A stretch of DNA of 63,959 bases, the filler included, from Folioceros fuciformis (Eukaryota), in assembly GCA_049999805.1 (NCBI GenBank). It is 13 parts of 13 records of this genome, joined end to end, with 100 filler letters (N's around TTAATTAATTAA, not from the genome) between each part and the next. Parts side by side here need not be neighbours in the genome. Positions count along the whole stretch, not along the records: positions 52,672 to 59,842 come from JBNGIO010005577.1; positions 59,943 to 62,697 come from JBNGIO010005578.1; positions 62,798 to 63,959 come from JBNGIO010005591.1; 10 more parts are not named here. The stretch is one strand, 5' to 3'. Below are positions 58,330 to 63,959 of the stretch, in pieces. The notes beneath the pieces were generated by a model. The model did no database searches and had not been told where the DNA came from. It saw only the letters and a list, made by a program, of their open reading frames with translations. The translations under genes and the position numbers were made by a program. Every line of letters starts with the position of its first letter. Within the stretch, counting starts at the first letter, position 1.

Positions 58330-59797
58330 CAATATTTTCCCCCACAAGTATCCTCAAGAAGCTGCATATGGACCGCGTCCTTCCTCTCGTTTTGATCAAC
58401 ACGCTACCGGTTCAGGGGGTGAAAATGCAGCTCAGTCAGCTCAGTCATGAGCCCAGTGCCAATGCCTGTACATGCACCACATCCGCACCTGGACAGGATA
58501 TGGATGATATGAACTAGGGTGATGTTTTTGATGCTGCGGTGGTAAACTCTCCACTCACTGTGGAACATGAGCTCGACAACAGTCCACATGCAGATACACC
58601 GTTTGCACTTTTTGAAACTGAAGATGCTGCTGTGCAACCTCCCGACGAGCTGGAACCTGCTGAGCACTTAGTTGTAGAACCCAATGAGCTAGAGGCTGCT
58701 GAGGAATCAGCTCCTGAACCTGAACCAATTGTTGAAGGGCACAAGTATCCCAGCAGATCTTGTCCATCACGGGAAAATCGGAACACAAGGCCCTATGAAT
58801 CTGAGGATTTTAGTATTCCTCGATCTGCTCGGCTTTGTGAAGTTCTCTCCATCAGTAGCATCCACCAGCAGAACCTCGTACATATTAGGAGGCGATAACT
58901 GGTCAGGATAAACATCACTGGCTTCCTTCAATTCAAGATGAATATAATTTGCTGATTAAGAATGGGACATGGGAGCTTTGTCCTTTACCTTCTAGGAGGA
59001 AGATGGTTAGCTTCAAGTGGGTATTCAAACACAAGTTGAATGCTCAGGGAGAAATAGCACGATACAAGTCACGTTTGGTTGCTCGGGGTTTCTTGAAGTT
59101 GCAGGTGTAGACTTCAACGAGATGTTTAGCCCTGTTGTCAAGACACAGTCAATCAGAATGATGTTAGCCCTAGCAACTACCCGAGACTAGGATCTTGAAC
59201 AAATGGATGTTTCAACCACTTTTCTGTATGCAGAGCTTGAAGAAGACATATACATGGATCGGCCTAAGGGTTTCGTGGATCCTGAACATCCAGATTTGGT
59301 TTGCAGGCTCAAGAAAACTCTACACGACTTGAAGCAAAGTGCTCGTGAATGGTACAATGTATAGACAAGTACCTCAAGTCGATAGGCTTCATCCAGAACT
59401 CAGGTGATGCCAAAGTATACATATATTCCAAAGGAGGTTACTTGGTCATCCTAGCACTTTACGTTGATGATGCTATACTGGCATCCAACAACAGAGAGCT
59501 ACTAGATTGGGTGAAGGGTATGTTGCACAAGTAGTACGACATGAAAGACATTGGACAACTTACCTTTATCCTTGGCATTCAGCTGCTGAGAGGTAGACCC
59601 AACAAAGCACTTGTTCTACACCAGACCAAGTACATTGACGAAACTCTTCAACGCTTCAATCTACAGAATGCTAAGCCTGTAAGCACACCAGGAAGCGTTG
59701 GGGTTAAACTCTCTGCTCAACAGAGTCCACAAGACGACTATGAATGTGAAGCTATGAGCCACATTCCTTACCGACACGCTATGGGTTGTCTCAACTG
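58330..59797 (+). pseudogene. pol: Copia INT-RT linker and RT, a decayed relative of element B
   Basis: Co-linear similarity to 40140-41630. FKWVFKHKLNAQGEIARYKSRLVARG and LYVDD. Confidence 0.92.
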
Positions 59798-60310
59798 AAG
59801 GATCGCTAGGAGCTACATGGTGAAGGAGAGGAGAGGAGGAGGNNNNNNNNNNNNNNNNNNNNNNNNNNNNNNNNNNNNNNNNNNNNTTAATTAATTAANN
59901 NNNNNNNNNNNNNNNNNNNNNNNNNNNNNNNNNNNNNNNNNNGTCACGGGTGGCCCGCTTCCGCAACTGAGAAGAAACACGGAGCTGTCAGTATAAGCAG
60001 CGGCACGAGGAGCCTTTACAGCAGGGAACAGATGCGAGCCGAAACGTTGTGGAGGACCGTTTCCACTCATGAGACAGGGAAGTGCCAAGCCGCGTACAGT
60101 CCTTGACCTCATTCTATCCCGGATGTTTTCAGTCTGGTGAAGCGAAACAAGACCCGCCATCATGCTTGTAACAGACGGTTGTCCACGAGTTGGCTCAGGC
60201 AGACAAGCTCCATGATCACATTTCAAGTGATATAATCGAAGCCCGCAGGAGTTGAAGAATATTACAGAGCAGGACCGTTTGGGATCACAAGGCTTTTGAA
60301 CTAAACTTGC

Positions 60311-61347
60311 TTTACACGTATCCCGTACGTATAATATATATATGTATAAAATATCTATATAGGTATCTATGTAAAATATTCATATTTTCGTATATTAAAT
60401 TCTTTTTTTTACTTTTTTCTCCTAATTTCTTTTCTTTTCTTTTTTTTTCACTCGTATTTTCCTGGATTTAATTCTACAAATTTCGACTCTGGTTTTTCTC
60501 ACCTTCTTCATTCTCTAGAGAGTCCAAGAACCGTCCTGGCACCCTGGGATCATTTTGCCATGGTTGGGGGAGCATATCGGATAGAAGCCGCTTGTGCTAA
60601 ATAAGCTGCCAATTTCAAGCCTGGTTTCCGCCGCTAACCACCTCCTCTCCTGTTGTTTTCCTTCTCTTCTCCCAATGCTCCTACTAACACCAAGCGACCT
60701 CTATCCCAGGACTATCCGATACTCTGACGGCCGATCATCCCTTGGGGTCATTTCTGACCCGCCGGCTATCACTTCTCTTGGCCAACTAGATGTATTGCTT
60801 GCCTAGTTGCTATCCTATCCTACTCCAGCGGGAGTTCAGCTCTTCCAACCTCCCCATTGACTTCTTTTGCTGTGTTCTGTTTACTACTAACATGACTCAA
60901 ATAGGTCTAACATATTGTTCGTGGGCCCCGTTTCGAACACCATTCTAGGACTAAACTAACAGACTAACATGTGCTTGTCGCACCATCGAGGTTGCAGACC
61001 TATCATGGACACTTGTCACAAAAACACATACAGCCTACTTCCCATCCTCAAGGATCCACAAGTTCAGTAACTAAACATCAGCTACTAAGCCATTCAAGCT
61101 CCTTTCATTCACCTAGAGAATGCGTGCCTCATGACAATCAGGATGCTGTCCTGCGGGATCCATCTGGCTACTAGCTTACTTAGCAGACATCAGGCATGCC
61201 GCCTTCTCCTCCATATGCCACTTATTTATCGTAAGGGTCATCCCTCTCAACAATTGTTGACGGGCTTGCAACTCCTGTTGGAGTATCCGTGTACATACTG
61301 TAGAACTCAGAGTTTAATTCCCCTCAAGTTTTAGGGCACGTTTCACA
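60311..61347 (+). mobile_element. Probable gypsy solo LTR related to 47500-48009
   Basis: Shares CTGGATTTAATTC and AATAAGCT...CCACCTCCTCTCC blocks. Ends GGGCACGTTTCACA. Boundaries approximate. Confidence 0.5.
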
Positions 61348-61559
61348 CATAGGGTTTTACAGACAGTTATTAAATCGAAAGCAGTTTAGATTAAACAAAC
61401 CGTAAATACGGTTAAACAGTTGAAACTGTATTACGAATGTGTATTTAAGACATCTACCTAAACTAATAAATATTCTATTCTGCACTCATAATTGTATGAA
61501 CAGTGAGGGATCCTGGACCAAGCCAGCCAATAGTGGAGGTAGGGTACTAGGTAGGGGAT

Positions 61560-62654
61560 TTGGCGATGACACCAGTAGTGCAAGCACACAGTGGAGCACC
61601 AGATTTGGGGAGAAGGAGCCCAGTGAATTGGGAAGCAGCCCGAGGAGCACACGCCACAAGCCAAGGTAACGATACTTCATTGGGAGTGTGGAGCAACATC
61701 ATTCAGTGTAGCCAACAGCTACAACACATCAATTGGGAAGAGGCCCGTGCAATGATTGCACCCCTACTACAGGAGGACATAAGTCGGGATGCAAACTAGG
61801 CACGACTAGAATCCAAAGTGCAGGAATTGGAAAAGGAGTGAGAACAGTATCTCCTCAAGGATGGTGAGCAAAGGCAAGGACTGGAGAAGTTGACCCAGCA
61901 GGTGACCACGTTGCAAACTTCCCAACAAGGTTTATCACATGAGATCATTGCATGTCGAAGGGACCTCGCCTAGTCTGAGGAAACTAGGAAGGTGGTGGAG
62001 GAACAACTATGGGAACAAGTCTACGTTGCAAAGGATTTACAAGGCAAGCTGGATGAGTTGGAGGCATAGAATGCTAAAGCGAACTAGAAACTCCAGCAAC
62101 GACTTGAAGCAGGGCAACGAGAGCGAGTGGAGAGGGAACAATTGACCATCCACTTAGAAGACCTTCAGCAGGAGAAAGCACAACAAGAAGCTGAGCATCA
62201 GACCAAGATTCACAGGATGCTGGTGGTTCGAGCTCGTAGGTTTCGTGCTGACTATGCCTACTTGACGGGGTGCATGACCAAGCTTCATGCAACTCATCAA
62301 GAAAACCTTGACCTACAGTTGAAGGTAGGGGCGATGGAGGCTGAACGGGATATCTACAAGAGTAGATGCGAGGGTAGGGATTGGGTTGTTGACATGGATA
62401 CCATAGATCTAGCTCAACAGAATCGCAACCTCCACCTGCACCAACGTCTACTCGCTCATCACAAGGAACTGGCAGCATTGGCAAGGCGAAGGTATCTTGG
62501 GCCACATGATGACGACCGTGAGGCCCTGGAGACAGTGCCTCTACCAACAGAATTTCAAGAGGACAACAGTATGGACTTGGAGAGCTTGCAATGGAACCTG
62601 AGGAGCTGCTATGGGCTAGGAAGAGCACGCAACAAGGGGTACCTACTCTCGTAG
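61560..62654 (+). pseudogene. Degenerate coiled-coil ORF, probably an accessory ORF of a gypsy element, followed by the 25-bp hairpin repeat
   Basis: E/Q/L-rich heptads across ORFs 61560-61799 and 62127-62654. Repeat at 62640-62697. Confidence 0.45.
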
Positions 62655-62797
62655 GGAACCTACCTACGAGAGGAGGGGTAGGGAACCTACCTACGAGNNN
62701 NNNNNNNNNNNNNNNNNNNNNNNNNNNNNNNNNNNNNNNNNTTAATTAATTAANNNNNNNNNNNNNNNNNNNNNNNNNNNNNNNNNNNNNNNNNNNN

Positions 62798-63405
62798 CCC
62801 AATTCCTTGAATGCCCCGGGAGAATTCACTGGACAACAGTAAAATGAATCTTCCGTTATCTCCAAGGCACAATAAACTATGGTTTGATGTATAAGGGAAG
62901 TGGGGACCAGCGGCTTACCCTATCCGGCTATTCTGACGGTGATTGGGCATCGGATTCAGATTCTAGACGCAGCATTTCTTCCTATTGCTTCCTTCTTGTG
63001 TCAGCAGCAGTCACCTGGAGTAGCAAAAAACTATCCACGATTGCTCTTAGCTCCACTGAAGCAGAATACAAATCGCTGACGGAGGCAGCTAAAGAGGCAG
63101 AATGGGAGAGAAACTTTTTTACAGGCCTTGGTCACCCACAGCCAGATCCCACTGTCATACTGTGTGACAATACTTCGGCCCTGGAGCTAGTAGCTAAGCC
63201 AACCTTCCACGCCCGAACGAAACACATCAAAGTGCACCACCATTATATACGAGATCTGGTATCTAGGGGCATCATCAACGTCAGCCATATTAGCACAGAC
63301 TTGAATACGGCAGATATACTCACAAAGGGTTTGCCTAAACACCCCCATTACCTTCACATGCGAGGGTTAGGCCTCTGTGACTATTCAGCCTACATCGACA
63401 CTTGA
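62798..63405 (+). pseudogene. pol: Copia RT end and RNase H
   Basis: GYSDGDWA, SSTEAEY, CDN, HARTKHI, ADILTK. Confidence 0.95.
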
Positions 63406-63848
63406 AAGGGCCAGGCTAGCGAGAGGGGGAAGCTTAAATGCTGCCCATAGTCAGCTATCCGAGCTGACGCCGTATACTCTCCCGACGGCCATCACAACAT
63501 AGCTCTTGTGCTCATCTGTCACAGGAGGGCACACAGTTAGGCCATTCAGGTAGACTTTAATAACGTGACACAACCGGGCACCAGTGGACATTAATGACAC
63601 AGCCATGGTGCCCGCCTGCAACAAACGCCGGCTCACCAGATGGATGAAGCTCCAACGTCGACCTAAGCATCTGGTCTCAGCCTCACTATGACCCAGCAGC
63701 ATTCCTTGGCGCCCGCGTCCTACCAACACATAGCCCAAGATTAGAGACCATCTTGCAGACCCGATCTCCTGCCACCCTGCACAGATATGAAGACACAGCT
63801 TTTGAAGCCAGCGCGCGAGGTCAGATACCCGTGGCTCCTGTAGCGTGG

Positions 63849-63959
63849 TGTGGAGGCAAAACCCTGGGCACTGATTGCCAACGGGTTCCACCTTTAGTGG
63901 CCACACTTATCCCACTGTCGTTGAGACATTGGGTTTCGTTCCCACGAAGGAGCGATGGG
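63849..63959 (-). mobile_element. U5 end of a family X LTR inserted in a copia 3' UTR
   Basis: TGTGGAGGCAAAACCC... is near-identical to 46493-46605. Confidence 0.85.

Overview
This window is not one locus. It is 13 short contigs joined by an artificial N44-TTAATTAATTAA-N44 spacer (stop codons in all six frames), so adjacency across spacers means nothing. The DNA is eukaryotic nuclear sequence from a TE-rich land plant, probably a non-seed plant (inferred from TE types). Most of it is nested, decayed retrotransposons. These are Ty1/copia elements with very short LTRs (160-293 bp) and a tRNA-iMet PBS; non-chromoviral Athila-like Ty3/gypsy elements with a tRNA-Asp PBS and LTRs from 1.25 kb to several kb; an L1-type LINE ORF1; and a Tad1/R1/I-type LINE. 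Host-gene material is limited to a 5-exon partial J-domain gene, the N-terminus of a probable TOC75 precursor, and an intronless CCT5 pseudogene fragment. Best leads: (1) a copia lineage with an extra, intact basic/coiled-coil ORF between the PBS and gag, with motif R[YF]VRER[DN]R shared by two divergent copies; (2) a Tad1-like LINE in plant DNA; (3) an intact LTR-less gypsy gag directly behind the J-domain gene, with a possible in-frame splice; (4) multi-kb GC-rich and telomere-like expansions and terminal hairpins in gypsy LTRs. All homologies were recognised by eye; no searches were run.
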